Shown: piece after piece, positions 1-10,467 of the stretch
How positions within the stretch are numbered: the stretch's first letter is position 1
How the letters are laid out: each line of letters starts with the position of its first letter
From: Alphaproteobacteria bacterium
GTDB taxonomy: Bacteria; Pseudomonadota; Alphaproteobacteria; JAJFIK01
DNA: 64,000 nt
Assembly: GCA_021774965.1 (NCBI GenBank)
Contig: JAJFIL010000306.1
Coordinates: 10,741 to 74,740, forward strand
Reading direction: 5' to 3'
Notes under the pieces: model-generated
The model's input: the letters and a program-made list of their open reading frames with translations, nothing else
Told to the model about the DNA's origin: nothing
Databases searched by the model: none
Made by a program: the position numbers and the translations under genes

Positions 1-832
1 TGAGCTGCGACAAGGCGATGGCAACAATGACGACGCTCATGATGGTGGTCAGGCGGCGCGCAAATTGCTCAAGGCGCAAGACAAGAGGCGGAGAGGTTTG
101 CTTGCCAGCAATAAGCTGCCCGATCCGGCCAACCGCAGTATGGATGCCGGTTTCGCATACGACCCCTGTCCCGCGTCCGGCCAGCACCAATGTGCCTGCA
201 TGAGCAAGGTTGGTTCTATCCGCAAGCCCGACGTTGGCATCGAATTGTACATCTGCGCTTTTCTCGACGGCAGTGGATTCGCCGGTGAGCAATGACTCAT
301 CAAGGCGCAAGCTGTGAGACGAAAGCAGGCGAAGATCAGCGGGAACTGCATCACCGGAACCCAGTAAGACGACATCGCCTGGTACCAGTTCTTCTGAGCC
401 CATTTTCTTTTGCACGCCATTCCGAATGACCAACGTAAAAACCCGCAAGATCTTCCGAAGGGCCGCAACACCTGTCTCAGCCCTCCATTCCTGGACGGTA
501 CCGATGACGGCATTCAAAATAAGTACGCCGAGAATAAAGCCTGCGTCCCCCCAATGGGAAAGGCTCAACGACACGATGCCAGCGGCCAGCAGGACATAGA
601 TGAGAGGGCTTTTGAATTGGCGTAAGAAAAGAATAGCAATGCCCACCGGTGGGCGATCTGGAATTGTATTGGAGCCGTACCTGCTGCGCCGTGTGGCTGC
701 CTCACTGTCACTAAGCCCACCCGCCCGTGCCTGAAGGTTCTTAAGTACGTGCTCAGGGGTTAAGCTGTGCCAGCTTGGGCCATGCGTGTACGGAGCATCT
801 TTGGTCGCATCGGAGCTTTGCGCGCTCTTCAT
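1..832 (-). CDS. P-type (E1-E2) cation-transporting ATPase, N-terminal part; gene continues past the left window edge
   Basis: Not in the ORF track because it has no in-window stop. Manual reverse translation from ATG at 832 gives MKSAQSSDATKDAPYTHGPSWHSL..., a Cation_ATPase_N-like start. The same frame contains DESLLTGES (actuator-domain TGES motif) around 275-298. Confidence 0.75.
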   Translation of the reverse strand, partial: MKSAQSSDATKDAPYTHGPSWHSLTPEHVLKNLQARAGGLSDSEAATRRSRYGSNTIPDRPPVGIAILFLRQFKSPLIYVLLAAGIVSLSLSHWGDAGFILGVLILNAVIGTVQEWRAETGVAALRKILRVFTLVIRNGVQKKMGSEELVPGDVVLLGSGDAVPADLRLLSSHSLRLDESLLTGESTAVEKSADVQFDANVGLADRTNLAHAGTLVLAGRGTGVVCETGIHTAVGRIGQLIAGKQTSPPLVLRLEQFARRLTTIMSVVIVAIALSQL

Positions 833-1053
833 ACTGGCATTCGCCCCCTTATTTCTGCATCTCCGCCAAGCCCTCGATCGACCCTGATCTTCTTAGCCGA
901 ATTCGCACCTGAAACAAAGCCTGGTAGCCCTCCTGAGGCATGGCTTTGAGGAATAGGGTCGCACGCATCTGATCAGAAAGGAATTGTGTTGGATTTGGTC
1001 CCAAATGAGAACTTTTCACACACAGGGGCAATGCGACCTGATAAAACACTGAT

Positions 1054-2436
1054 ATGAAGACGGATGAATCGGGTGCCATCAAACTCACCTTCCTTGGGGC
1101 CGCTGGAACGGTAACCGGCTCAAAGTATCTGCTTGAGGCAAGTGGCCGCCGAATTCTTGTAGACTGCGGTATTTTTCAGGGGCGCAAGGAGATACGGGAG
1201 CGAAACTGGCAGCGACTTCCGTTTCCGCCAAGTTCTCTGGATGCTGTCATCCTTACCCATGCCCATCTTGACCACTCAGGCTATATTCCCGTGCTGGTCG
1301 AGCAAGGGTTCAAGGGCCCCGTGATCTCGACCCATGCAACGCGAGATCTTTGCGAAATCCTTCTTCCCGATAGCGGCTATCTCATGGAAAAGGATGCCGA
1401 CTATGCCAATCGCAAAGGCTTTTCCCGGCACAAGCCAGCTTTGCCCATCTATACAGAAGCCCAGGCGGCTGCCTCTCTGGAAAGCTTCAGACCCATCGAC
1501 TTTGATGAGGAATTTGATCTAGGAGATGGGCTCAGCGTGAAGCTGACCCTTTCAGGGCATATTCTGGGCTCGGCCTTTGTTCAGCTGACGTGGGGCGGGC
1601 GCAGGATCGTCTTTTCAGGAGATTTAGGCCGGCCGAACAGTGCGACCATGCGAAAGCCCGAGGCCTTAAGCCAAGCTGATTACCTGGTCGTTGAATCGAC
1701 CTATGGCAATCGTCACCATGAAAAGACAAACCCCTATGACACGCTCGCGGAGGTGATCACGAGAACCGCCGCGAGAGGGGGCTCGGTTATCATTCCCTCA
1801 TTTGCCGTTGGCCGTTCGCAATCGCTTCTCTATCACATTGCGGAGCTCAAGAAGCAGGGCCGCATCCCTGACCTGCCGGTTTTCCTCGACAGCCCCATGG
1901 CGATCAACGCGAGCGATATATTCTGCGGTCACCTGGGTGAACACCGCCTGACCGCCAAACAATGCAATTCTACATTTCAGCAAGCGAGCTATACGCGATC
2001 TGTCGAGGCATCAAAGGCTCTCGATGAAGGCCCCATGCCGCGCATCATTGTGTCGGCCAGCGGTATGGCTAGCGGCGGGCGCATTCTGCATCACCTGAAG
2101 AGATTTGCCCCGGAAAGCAAGAACACTATTCTGATAACTGGCTTTCAGGCGGAAGGAACACGGGGCGCGCAAATCGCCGATGGTGCAAAGGAAGTCAAAA
2201 TCCATGGACGCATGGTTCCAATTTGCGCAGAGGTCGCTCACTTAAAAACTCTCTCGGCCCATGCGGATCAAGACGAGATTATGGGTTGGTTGGGTCATTT
2301 TGAAAATCCTCCTAAGATGACATTTGTCACCCACGGGGAACCAATGGCCTCGGCGGCCCTTGCGGATCGTATTCGGGATGATCTGAGTTGGGGCTGCGAT
2401 GTGCCCGCTCACGGGGATCAAGTTGAGCTAACTTAG
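1054..2436 (+). CDS. MBL-fold metallo-hydrolase with beta-CASP/RNA-specificity domain (CPSF73/RNase J-like nuclease)
   Basis: 460 aa. Contains the HAHLDHSG metallo-beta-lactamase motif and late SAHAD and THGE motifs typical of beta-CASP enzymes. Confidence 0.8.
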   Translation: MKTDESGAIKLTFLGAAGTVTGSKYLLEASGRRILVDCGIFQGRKEIRERNWQRLPFPPSSLDAVILTHAHLDHSGYIPVLVEQGFKGPVISTHATRDLCEILLPDSGYLMEKDADYANRKGFSRHKPALPIYTEAQAAASLESFRPIDFDEEFDLGDGLSVKLTLSGHILGSAFVQLTWGGRRIVFSGDLGRPNSATMRKPEALSQADYLVVESTYGNRHHEKTNPYDTLAEVITRTAARGGSVIIPSFAVGRSQSLLYHIAELKKQGRIPDLPVFLDSPMAINASDIFCGHLGEHRLTAKQCNSTFQQASYTRSVEASKALDEGPMPRIIVSASGMASGGRILHHLKRFAPESKNTILITGFQAEGTRGAQIADGAKEVKIHGRMVPICAEVAHLKTLSAHADQDEIMGWLGHFENPPKMTFVTHGEPMASAALADRIRDDLSWGCDVPAHGDQVELT

Positions 2437-2452
2437 AAAGACAGATGCAAGA

Positions 2453-3997
2453 ATGAGCAGCAACAAGACATCTGGTGACAGGCAGGGACCTCAGGGCGCA
2501 GCCTCCCTCCGGGCTCGGCGACTTGGTATCGATACATCGCGAGAAGCCGTTATCTACATGCGGCGCGATTGTCATGTTTGCCGCGCGGAGGGCTTTACCG
2601 CCCATCGGCGCGTGGAAGTGTGGAATGGCAAGAAAAGTATTGTAGCGACCCTGAATGTTATCGCCGGGGATTTGCTGCAGCATGGCGAAATGGGTCTTTC
2701 AGAAGCGGCCTGGCAACGACTTGATCTTCGCGAAGGAGCTATTGTGCAGGCGGACCATCCGGTGCCGCTGACATCGCTTGGCCAGGTGCGATCGAAGATC
2801 TATGGCAACCGGCTTGATCAACAAGACTTTGATGCCATCATCCATGATGTGGTGGATGGGCGGTATTCAGATATCCAGCTCTCGGCCTTTGTCTTGGGAT
2901 GTGCCGGCGCCAGTCTAGATCGGGACGAGATGGTCGCGCTAACCAAATCCATGATTGATGTGGGGGAGCGGTTGGAGTGGGGCAGCACACCGATTGTTGA
3001 CAAACATAGCGTCGGCGGCCTCCCCGGCAATCGAACCACGCCCATCATTGTGGCTATTGTTGCGGCGCATGGCCTTACAATGCCCAAAACCTCATCGCGG
3101 GCGATTACCTCGCCTGCGGGCACCGCAGATACGATGGCAACGCTGACGCGTGTTGATCTTGATCTCGCTGCTATGCGGCGTGTGGTTGAAACCGAAGGCG
3201 GCTGTATTGTGTGGGGTGGCGGCATGCGGCTTAGCCCGGCGGATGAAGTATTGATCCGTATAGAACGCGCGCTTGATATTGATAGCGAAGGTCAATTGGT
3301 GGCCTCGGTTCTTTCGAAAAAGGTGGCGGCGGGATCTACTCATGTGGTGCTTGACCTGCCAACAGGACCAACCGCAAAAGTTCGCAACAACAAAGTCGCC
3401 AAGGAACTTTGCAACGATTTGGTCGGCGTGGCGGGGGAGTTGGGGCTGGTGGCCCGCGCTGTTATTACCGATGGGACCCAGCCCGTGGGCCAAGGCATCG
3501 GGCCGGTTCTTGAAGCGCGAGAGGTGCTGGCGGTTTTGCGCGATGAAGAACATGCACCAGCGGACCTGCGCGAGCGTGCTATCCTTCTTGCCGGGGAAAT
3601 AATTGAGATGGCAAACAAAGCGCCCGAAGGCAGCGGCATTCAAGTGGCGCGCGACATTCTGGCTGATGGACGAGCATGGAAAAAATTCCAAGCTATCTGT
3701 GAGGCTCAGGGCGGTATGCGTGACCCGAAGAAGGCGGCTTACACCAATGTGGTAAGTGCTCCGCGATCAGGTCAGGTTGTCAGCTTTGACAATCGTCGCC
3801 TTGCAAAGGTGGCGAAACTGGCGGGAGCGCCGACAGCTCCAGCGGCTGGCATTGATCTCCACGTCTCACTCGGTAGCATGGTTATGAAAGGCGAGCCGCT
3901 GTTTACCGTTCATGCCCAATCACCGGGGGAGCTTTCTTACGCCGGCGAGTTTGTTGTCTTCAACCCTGGCATCATCACGCTTCAGGCTCAATCATGA
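2453..3997 (+). CDS. Thymidine-phosphorylase-family protein of the long archaeal AMP-phosphorylase-like subtype
   Basis: 514 aa. Motifs DKHSVGGLPGNRTT and TSSRAITSPAGTADTM mark glycosyltransferase family 3 / pyrimidine nucleoside phosphorylase. A ~95-aa N-terminal extension precedes the helical domain, as in AMP phosphorylases rather than the ~440-aa bacterial DeoA. Confidence 0.8.
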   Translation: MSSNKTSGDRQGPQGAASLRARRLGIDTSREAVIYMRRDCHVCRAEGFTAHRRVEVWNGKKSIVATLNVIAGDLLQHGEMGLSEAAWQRLDLREGAIVQADHPVPLTSLGQVRSKIYGNRLDQQDFDAIIHDVVDGRYSDIQLSAFVLGCAGASLDRDEMVALTKSMIDVGERLEWGSTPIVDKHSVGGLPGNRTTPIIVAIVAAHGLTMPKTSSRAITSPAGTADTMATLTRVDLDLAAMRRVVETEGGCIVWGGGMRLSPADEVLIRIERALDIDSEGQLVASVLSKKVAAGSTHVVLDLPTGPTAKVRNNKVAKELCNDLVGVAGELGLVARAVITDGTQPVGQGIGPVLEAREVLAVLRDEEHAPADLRERAILLAGEIIEMANKAPEGSGIQVARDILADGRAWKKFQAICEAQGGMRDPKKAAYTNVVSAPRSGQVVSFDNRRLAKVAKLAGAPTAPAAGIDLHVSLGSMVMKGEPLFTVHAQSPGELSYAGEFVVFNPGIITLQAQS

Positions 3998-4881
3998 GTG
4001 CGCTTGTTCTGGCCTTCCCGGGAAATGAAGGCCTTGCGGAAAAAATCGCTGACCAATTGGGAGCAGAGATAGCTCAACTTGAAATTCGGCGTTTTCCCGA
4101 TGAAGAAAGCTATGCCCGGATCGACAGTGATCTTCAGGACCGGCAAGTCATCTTGGTAGCTTCGCTCGACAGGCCGGATGAGAAAATACTGCAGCTTGTA
4201 TTCCTTGCGGCAACAGCGCGGGAGCTTGGGGCCGCATCGGTGGGCCTGGCCGCGCCCTATCTTGCCTATATGCGGCAGGATAAAAGCTTTCATCCGGGCG
4301 AAGCTGTTACGTCGAAATACTTTGCAAAACTTCTGAGCGATTGGGTGGACTGGATCGTGACCATCGATCCGCATCTTCATCGGCGCTCATCTTTGAATGA
4401 GATCTATACGGTTCCAAGTCAGGTCCTTCATGCAGCACCGCTCATCTCTGAGTGGATCAAGGAGAACGTAACCAACCCGGTCCTCATCGGCCCGGACGAG
4501 GAGAGCGCGCAGTGGGTCGGTGCGGTCGCCGCCGGAGCTGGTGCGCCGCACGTGGTTTTGCAAAAAGAACGCCGCGGAGATCGCGATGTGAAGGTCACCG
4601 TTCCTGATCTGGATAAATGGCAAGACTGCGTGCCCGTGCTTGTGGATGACATCATCTCAACAGCACGCACGATGATCGAAACCTTGGGCCATTTGGATGC
4701 GGCAGGAATGAAGCCTGCCCAGTGTATTGGCGTACATGGGGTTTTTGCGGGCGATGCATTTAAGCAGTTGGAAAATCAACATCCGGCTGCGATCATCTCC
4801 ACCAACAGCATTCCGCATACCAGCAACAAGATTGATGTATCGGGCCTGATGGCAGAGGGCATCAAAACTATTTTGAAGTAG
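3994..4881 (+). CDS. Ribose-phosphate diphosphokinase (PRPP synthetase) family protein, short class
   Basis: 295 aa. PRPP-binding loop VLVDDIISTARTM. The start overlaps the upstream stop (ATGA at 3994-3997). Confidence 0.8.
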   Translation: MSALVLAFPGNEGLAEKIADQLGAEIAQLEIRRFPDEESYARIDSDLQDRQVILVASLDRPDEKILQLVFLAATARELGAASVGLAAPYLAYMRQDKSFHPGEAVTSKYFAKLLSDWVDWIVTIDPHLHRRSSLNEIYTVPSQVLHAAPLISEWIKENVTNPVLIGPDEESAQWVGAVAAGAGAPHVVLQKERRGDRDVKVTVPDLDKWQDCVPVLVDDIISTARTMIETLGHLDAAGMKPAQCIGVHGVFAGDAFKQLENQHPAAIISTNSIPHTSNKIDVSGLMAEGIKTILK

Positions 4882-4903
4882 TGTTTTCAGAAGGGATACG
4901 AAA

Positions 4904-5500
4904 TTGATCAACCGAAGAAACTTTATGGGTGCCTCAGCTGCGGGAACTTTGGCCGGTGCCTTGGCACTTGGAGGCTGTGCCAATGCTGCAGCGCCGCGCA
5001 CCATTGCGCCTGAGTTCGGGCGCTATCGAGACAAAACCCGTGCGCCCTTTGGTAGTCAGGTTCCGGCATCCATCGTCAATTATACCAAGATCGCTCCCAA
5101 TGTGGGCTTAGCAGGCAGGCTCACGGAAGGTGGGCTGGAGGCAACGGTGGCGCTCGGCTTCAAGCTCATTATCGATCTGCGTCAACCAGACGAAGATGGT
5201 GTTGCTGAAGAGGTTGCGGCCATTCCGGGGCTGGGAATTCCATATGTAAACATCCCCATGGGGCCCGGCGCACCAAGTGATGAACAAGTCTCTCAATTCT
5301 CAGCTTTCATAAGCGATCCAGCGCATTATCCCATTCTCGCCCATTGCCAGTCTTCAAATCGTTCTGGCGCTATTTGGGCGTTGCACCGGGCTGCCGCGGG
5401 CGTTGATCCGGTCACAGCATTGGAAGAGGGACTTGCTGGGGGCATGACCCGGCGCGAAACTGTGGTCAGAGAAATCCTGGGGCTTCCGGCCTTGCGCTAA
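4904..5500 (+). CDS. Tat-exported lipoprotein with a DUF442-type phosphatase/sulfurtransferase-like domain
   Basis: N-terminus RRNFMGASAAGTLAGALALGGC combines a twin-arginine motif with a lipobox Cys. Active-site-like HCQSSNRSG is a CX4R P-loop, as in DUF442 / Blh N-terminal domains. Confidence 0.6.
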   Translation: MINRRNFMGASAAGTLAGALALGGCANAAAPRTIAPEFGRYRDKTRAPFGSQVPASIVNYTKIAPNVGLAGRLTEGGLEATVALGFKLIIDLRQPDEDGVAEEVAAIPGLGIPYVNIPMGPGAPSDEQVSQFSAFISDPAHYPILAHCQSSNRSGAIWALHRAAAGVDPVTALEEGLAGGMTRRETVVREILGLPALR

Positions 5501-5516
5501 TCTCTGAAAAGATTTG

Positions 5517-6110
5517 TCACTCAGAAGTTTGTATGTCTTGGCGCAGTCTGCGCCGCCCGTCTTGGTATCCTTCAGCATCGCCATATTCCAGGAAGTCGGC
5601 ATATCTGGAATGAACGCCCAAAAGGTGCCGCGCATGTTTAATGGGGCACCAATATTGTTCTGTGCGAGAAATGATCTCTGTCGCGTAGGAAACAACTCCC
5701 GTGGCATAAGAGCAGTACATGCAGTTCAATTTCTCAAAACCGTTGAGATAGCCAAGATAACGCCGGTCAAAAGCGACGTAGCTGCGCCGTGACACTTTCG
5801 CGACTTTGTAAATGGGAAAACAGATCAACTGATAGACACTCACAAAGAGGTCCAAAAGAGCAAAGGGCAGAAGAACCGAATAGATAAAGGGTGAGGTAAG
5901 CAGAATGAATGGGTTGGCGTTCATGAACTGCACCATCATCCCTCTTTTATGAGACGCGTGGCGTTCTGAGGTTTCTTCGTCAAAAACCACCCGCTGATCG
6001 GCGACTTCAAAATCAAATTCTTCCCGCCGCGAGGTGAGAGCCTCATCAAGCTGAACTTGCAAGGCTTCGATTTCGGATACGAGATCAGGAATGCTCTTGG
6101 TCATAGCCAT
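5517..6110 (-). CDS. Hypothetical membrane protein with an N-terminal coiled-coil and a Cys motif
   Basis: 197 aa with a clean ORF. It has a hydrophobic segment (FILLTSPFIYSVLLPFALLDLFVSVYQLICF) and NCMYCSY ... WCPIKHA cysteines. I do not recognise the family. Confidence 0.5.
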   Translation of the reverse strand: MAMTKSIPDLVSEIEALQVQLDEALTSRREEFDFEVADQRVVFDEETSERHASHKRGMMVQFMNANPFILLTSPFIYSVLLPFALLDLFVSVYQLICFPIYKVAKVSRRSYVAFDRRYLGYLNGFEKLNCMYCSYATGVVSYATEIISRTEQYWCPIKHARHLLGVHSRYADFLEYGDAEGYQDGRRRLRQDIQTSE

Positions 6111-6365
6111 CTTTCCTTGTCAGAAGAACCAATACAGCTGATGAGTGCCGGTGATATAGCTGACCACCATGTAAACATGAGATTTGCAATGGTGGAAGGC
6201 AGGCATTTTTTGAACGCCCAATGGTTCCAAATACCCAGACCCAGCCAAAATACACTCAGATTTCGGGAAAGGAATCGCATAGTATCTGCCAATATTTTGG
6301 CGGTCGGCCCTTTTTTGGGGCCTTTTCACAGGTGGAACTCAGACAAGAAAAGAGAAGGGCAGGGA

Positions 6366-6786
<421 letters not shown>

Positions 6787-6789
6787 GGC

Positions 6790-7464
6790 TTAATCCTGCG
6801 TGGATCCGTAAAGACTCACGATGAGGGGTGAAGCTTCCGACCAATTGGCGAACTTGACCGAATGGGAGATGTCCTCCACCGGCACATTACGGTAGCCTTC
6901 GGTGAAAAGAACAAACGGAACGGAAGCCCGCCACGCCGTTTCTGCATCTGTTTCACTGTCCCCGACATAGATCACATTCTCCAGAGGGCAATCAAGTCGG
7001 CGTGCGCATTCAAACAATGGCTCCGGACTTGGCTTCTTCATGGCAGAGGTGTTGCCAGAAACTGATGCACTGAAAAAAGGCGCGAGACTAAACCCTTCCA
7101 GCACCAGATCGGTGAGTTGGTCTGCTTTATTGGTGCAAATACCAAGCGTCCAGCCATCGTTTTTCAAACTGCTCAAGGTTTCCATCACGCCGGGATAAAC
7201 AGTTCCATGGGCCGCAGGCGCGGCAGCGTAAATCTCAACAAAGCGCATGATGCAACGCGCCAGACTCTCGCCCGTGCGCGGTGAGCCCGCCGCCTCAAGG
7301 CACCTTTGTACCAAATTGCCGATACCATGACCGATGAAAGAACGCACCTGATCAAGATCAAGCGAAGTGAAGCCTTTCTCACTCAGCAAGACATTGATGC
7401 AGGCATGCAGATCCGGCGCTGAATCCACGAGCGTTCCGTCAAGATCGAATATGGCAGCTTTCAT
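6790..7464 (-). CDS. cbbZ: Phosphoglycolate phosphatase (HAD family)
   Basis: IFDLDGTLVDS HAD motif I. It is the last gene of the cbb operon, and its start overlaps the cbbS stop by 1 nt. Confidence 0.85.
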   Translation of the reverse strand: MKAAIFDLDGTLVDSAPDLHACINVLLSEKGFTSLDLDQVRSFIGHGIGNLVQRCLEAAGSPRTGESLARCIMRFVEIYAAAPAAHGTVYPGVMETLSSLKNDGWTLGICTNKADQLTDLVLEGFSLAPFFSASVSGNTSAMKKPSPEPLFECARRLDCPLENVIYVGDSETDAETAWRASVPFVLFTEGYRNVPVEDISHSVKFANWSEASPLIVSLYGSTQD

Positions 7465-7841
7465 CAGGCAGCTCTGTGGGTCACCAGCGAGAAACCAATG
7501 GTCTGCTTGATCTTATCAATCGCCGAGATGCGCACATGATGGCCAGGGTTTTGCTTTTGGCATTCTGCGGCTTCCTTGATGATGTTATCGACATCACGTT
7601 CGCCGAACATGGGAAGCTTCCACATGTACCAATAGCTTTTCGAGGCGCGGGCCGGTTCCACGTGTTCCACCACGCAGTCCCAATCCATTTCAAGAGCACG
7701 ATCCATTTGCAGCTTAATCTCATCAGCAGTCATGGGCGGCAGGTAGCTCAGGGCTTCAAACCGTTTTGAGGCTGGATCGTTCAGGCGGCTATCGAAGGGT
7801 TCAATTACCGCCGGATCGGGCTTGTAGGTTTTCGTCGTCAT
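7464..7841 (-). CDS. cbbS: RuBisCO small subunit, form IA (green-type)
   Basis: 125 aa. Contains FEALSYLPPM and YWYMWKLPMFG, typical of form IA small subunits. Confidence 0.9.
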   Translation of the reverse strand: MTTKTYKPDPAVIEPFDSRLNDPASKRFEALSYLPPMTADEIKLQMDRALEMDWDCVVEHVEPARASKSYWYMWKLPMFGERDVDNIIKEAAECQKQNPGHHVRISAIDKIKQTIGFSLVTHRAA

Positions 7842-7883
7842 TGTTTTGTTCTCCCAATTTGGGTTTCGATCAATTAGTGCGAG

Positions 7884-9332
7884 CTATTCAGCGGCCGATT
7901 GAACGGAATCGAGTTTGTCCACCGTGTCGAAATCAAACTTGATTTCCTTCCACGTCTCCATGGCAACGGCGAGCTCTGGTGAGTTCTTGGCTGCATTGGT
8001 CAGGATCTCGCGGCCATGCTTTTCAACCTGGACACCCTCATTACGAGCCTTCACACATGCTTCTGCAGCAACGCGGTTTGCCGTTGCGCCTGCAGCATTG
8101 CCCCAAGGGTGACCAAGGGTGCCGCCGCCAAATTGGAAGCAGGCATCGTCACCGAAGATCGCAACCAGCGCCGGCATGTGCCAGACGTGAATGCCGCCCG
8201 AGGCAACAGGCATCACACCAGGCATGGGACCAAAGTCCTGATCAAAGAAGATGCCACGTGAGCGGTCTTCCTTGATATAGCGCTCCCGCATGATGTCGAT
8301 CCAGCCGAGGGTGGCGTCGCGGTCGCCTTCAAGTTTGCCCACTACGGTCCCTGAGTGCAGATGATCACCGCCGGAAAGGCGCAGCATCTTCGTCAGCACC
8401 CGGAAGTGAATGCCGTGGTACGGATTGCGGTCCAACACGGCGTGAAGGGCGCGGTGAATATGCAGCAGAAGCCCGTTCTCACGACACCAATTGGCCAGCG
8501 AGGTATTGGCGGTAAAGCCTGCCGTCAAGAAGTCATGCATGATGATGCGCGAACCAATTGATTTGGCATATTCAGCGCGCTTGAACATCTCTTCCACGGT
8601 GCCCGCGGTCACATTGAGATAATGCCCCTTGCGTTCGCCCGTTTCCTCTTCGGCCTGGTTGACCGCTTCCATGACGAAATCAAAACGTTGCTTCCAGCGC
8701 ATGAAGGGTTGAGAGTTAATGTTCTCATCGTCCTTGGTGAAGTCCAAACCACCACGCAGGCATTCATAGACGGCGCGGCCGTACTGCTTGGCCGACAGGC
8801 CCAGTTTTGGCTTGATGGTGCAGCCCAAAAGCGGACGCCCATATTTGTTCAAGATATCGCGCTCGTTCTGAATGCCGTGAGGTGGGCCCCCGCAGGTCAT
8901 CACATAGTGAAGCGGGAAGCGGATGTCCTCGAGCCGCAGTGAGCGCACAGCCTTAAAGCCAAACACGTTGCCTGCCAGCGAGGTGATAACGTTTACGACC
9001 GAGCCTTCTTCGAACAGATCAATGGGGTAGGCCACGAAAGCGTAGAAACAAGTGTCGTCCCCTGGCACATCTTCGATGGCGTAAGCGCGACCCTTGTAAT
9101 AGTCCATGTCGGTCAGAAGGTCGGTCCACACAGTGGTCCAGGTGCCGGTGGAGCTTTCAGCGGCCACGGCCGCGGCGGCTTCTTCCCTCGGCACGCCTTC
9201 CTGCGGCGTGATCTTGAAACAGGCGAGAATATCGCTGTCCTGAACAGCGTAGCCTGGTTCCCAATACGTTTCGCGGTAGTCCTTAACACCGGCGTCATAG
9301 CTGCCGCCGCGATTGCTTCCTTGATTGCTCAT
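7884..9332 (-). CDS. cbbL: RuBisCO large subunit, form IA (green-type)
   Basis: 482 aa. Motifs [55 protein letters not shown] and [17 protein letters not shown]. Confidence 0.97.
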   Translation of the reverse strand: MSNQGSNRGGSYDAGVKDYRETYWEPGYAVQDSDILACFKITPQEGVPREEAAAAVAAESSTGTWTTVWTDLLTDMDYYKGRAYAIEDVPGDDTCFYAFVAYPIDLFEEGSVVNVITSLAGNVFGFKAVRSLRLEDIRFPLHYVMTCGGPPHGIQNERDILNKYGRPLLGCTIKPKLGLSAKQYGRAVYECLRGGLDFTKDDENINSQPFMRWKQRFDFVMEAVNQAEEETGERKGHYLNVTAGTVEEMFKRAEYAKSIGSRIIMHDFLTAGFTANTSLANWCRENGLLLHIHRALHAVLDRNPYHGIHFRVLTKMLRLSGGDHLHSGTVVGKLEGDRDATLGWIDIMRERYIKEDRSRGIFFDQDFGPMPGVMPVASGGIHVWHMPALVAIFGDDACFQFGGGTLGHPWGNAAGATANRVAAEACVKARNEGVQVEKHGREILTNAAKNSPELAVAMETWKEIKFDFDTVDKLDSVQSAAE

Positions 9333-9363
9333 TTTTCAAACTCCTTTTGCAAAACTGGCGTTA

Positions 9364-10446
9364 TTACTGCGCAGCCATAGCGCTGGTAATTTTCGGGTCG
9401 AACTCTCCTGCGGCATAGCGGGACGCCATGGCCGCAAGGGAGATCGGCTTAATTTTTGAGGCTTTCCCTGCCGTGCGGAATTGCTCATAGCGATCCGTAC
9501 AAAGTGCCTGCATCGCCTCGGTGGAAGGTTTCAGGAATTTGCGTGGGTCAAACTCCGCCTCATTCTCTTGAGCGATCTTCCGGAACTGTCCGGTGATTGC
9601 CAGGCGACAATCGGTATCAATGTTGACCTTGCGCACCCCGTACTTGATGCCGCGCACAATCTCTTCGATGGGCACGCCATAGGTTTGCGGCATGCCGCCG
9701 CCATAAGCATTGAAGATGTCCTGCAGTTCCTGCGGTACGCTGGACGAGCCATGCATGACCAAGTGCGTATTCGGAAGACGGCGGTTGATCGCTTCCACCA
9801 CATTCATGGCCAGGATGTCGCCGTCCGGTTTGCGCGAGAATTTATACGCCCCGTGAGACGTGCCCATGGCAATAGCCAACGCATCCACGCGGGTCGCGGC
9901 AACAAACTCTGCGGCTTGATCCGGGTCCGTCAGAAGCTGGTCAGTGGAGAGCTTGCCTTCAAAGCCGTGTCCGTCTTCGGCTTCTCCTGTCCCTGTTTCC
10001 AGCGACCCAAGGCAGCCTAATTCACCCTCCACCGATGCGCCTATGTCATGGGCCACGGATGTTACCTGCCGGGTGATCTCGGTATTGTATTCATAGCTGG
10101 CAGGTGTCTTGGCATCCGCTTCCAGCGAGCCATCCATCATCACAGAGGTAAAGCCCGCCTGGAGCGCAGAGTAGCATGTGGCGCCATTGTTGCCATGGTC
10201 CTGATGCAAGCAGATGGGGATCTCAGGGTATATGACCTCGGCGGCCTCGACCATTTTGATCAACATAACATCACCAGCATAGGAGCGCGCGCCGCGACTG
10301 GCCTGAAGGATCACCGGCGCATTGCACACTTGCGCGGCGTTCATGATCGCCTGGATCTGTTCCATGTTGTTGATATTGAACGCTGGAACGCCATAGTCGT
10401 GTTCCGCTGCATGATCGAGCAGTTGCCTTAGTGTTATGCGAGCCAT
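9364..10446 (-). CDS. cbbA: Class II fructose-bisphosphate aldolase, Calvin-cycle subtype
   Basis: 360 aa. Begins [27 protein letters not shown] and carries the HQDHGN metal site. Confidence 0.93.
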   Translation of the reverse strand: MARITLRQLLDHAAEHDYGVPAFNINNMEQIQAIMNAAQVCNAPVILQASRGARSYAGDVMLIKMVEAAEVIYPEIPICLHQDHGNNGATCYSALQAGFTSVMMDGSLEADAKTPASYEYNTEITRQVTSVAHDIGASVEGELGCLGSLETGTGEAEDGHGFEGKLSTDQLLTDPDQAAEFVAATRVDALAIAMGTSHGAYKFSRKPDGDILAMNVVEAINRRLPNTHLVMHGSSSVPQELQDIFNAYGGGMPQTYGVPIEEIVRGIKYGVRKVNIDTDCRLAITGQFRKIAQENEAEFDPRKFLKPSTEAMQALCTDRYEQFRTAGKASKIKPISLAAMASRYAAGEFDPKITSAMAAQ

Positions 10447-10467
10447 TTTCTCGTCCTTACGATTTAG

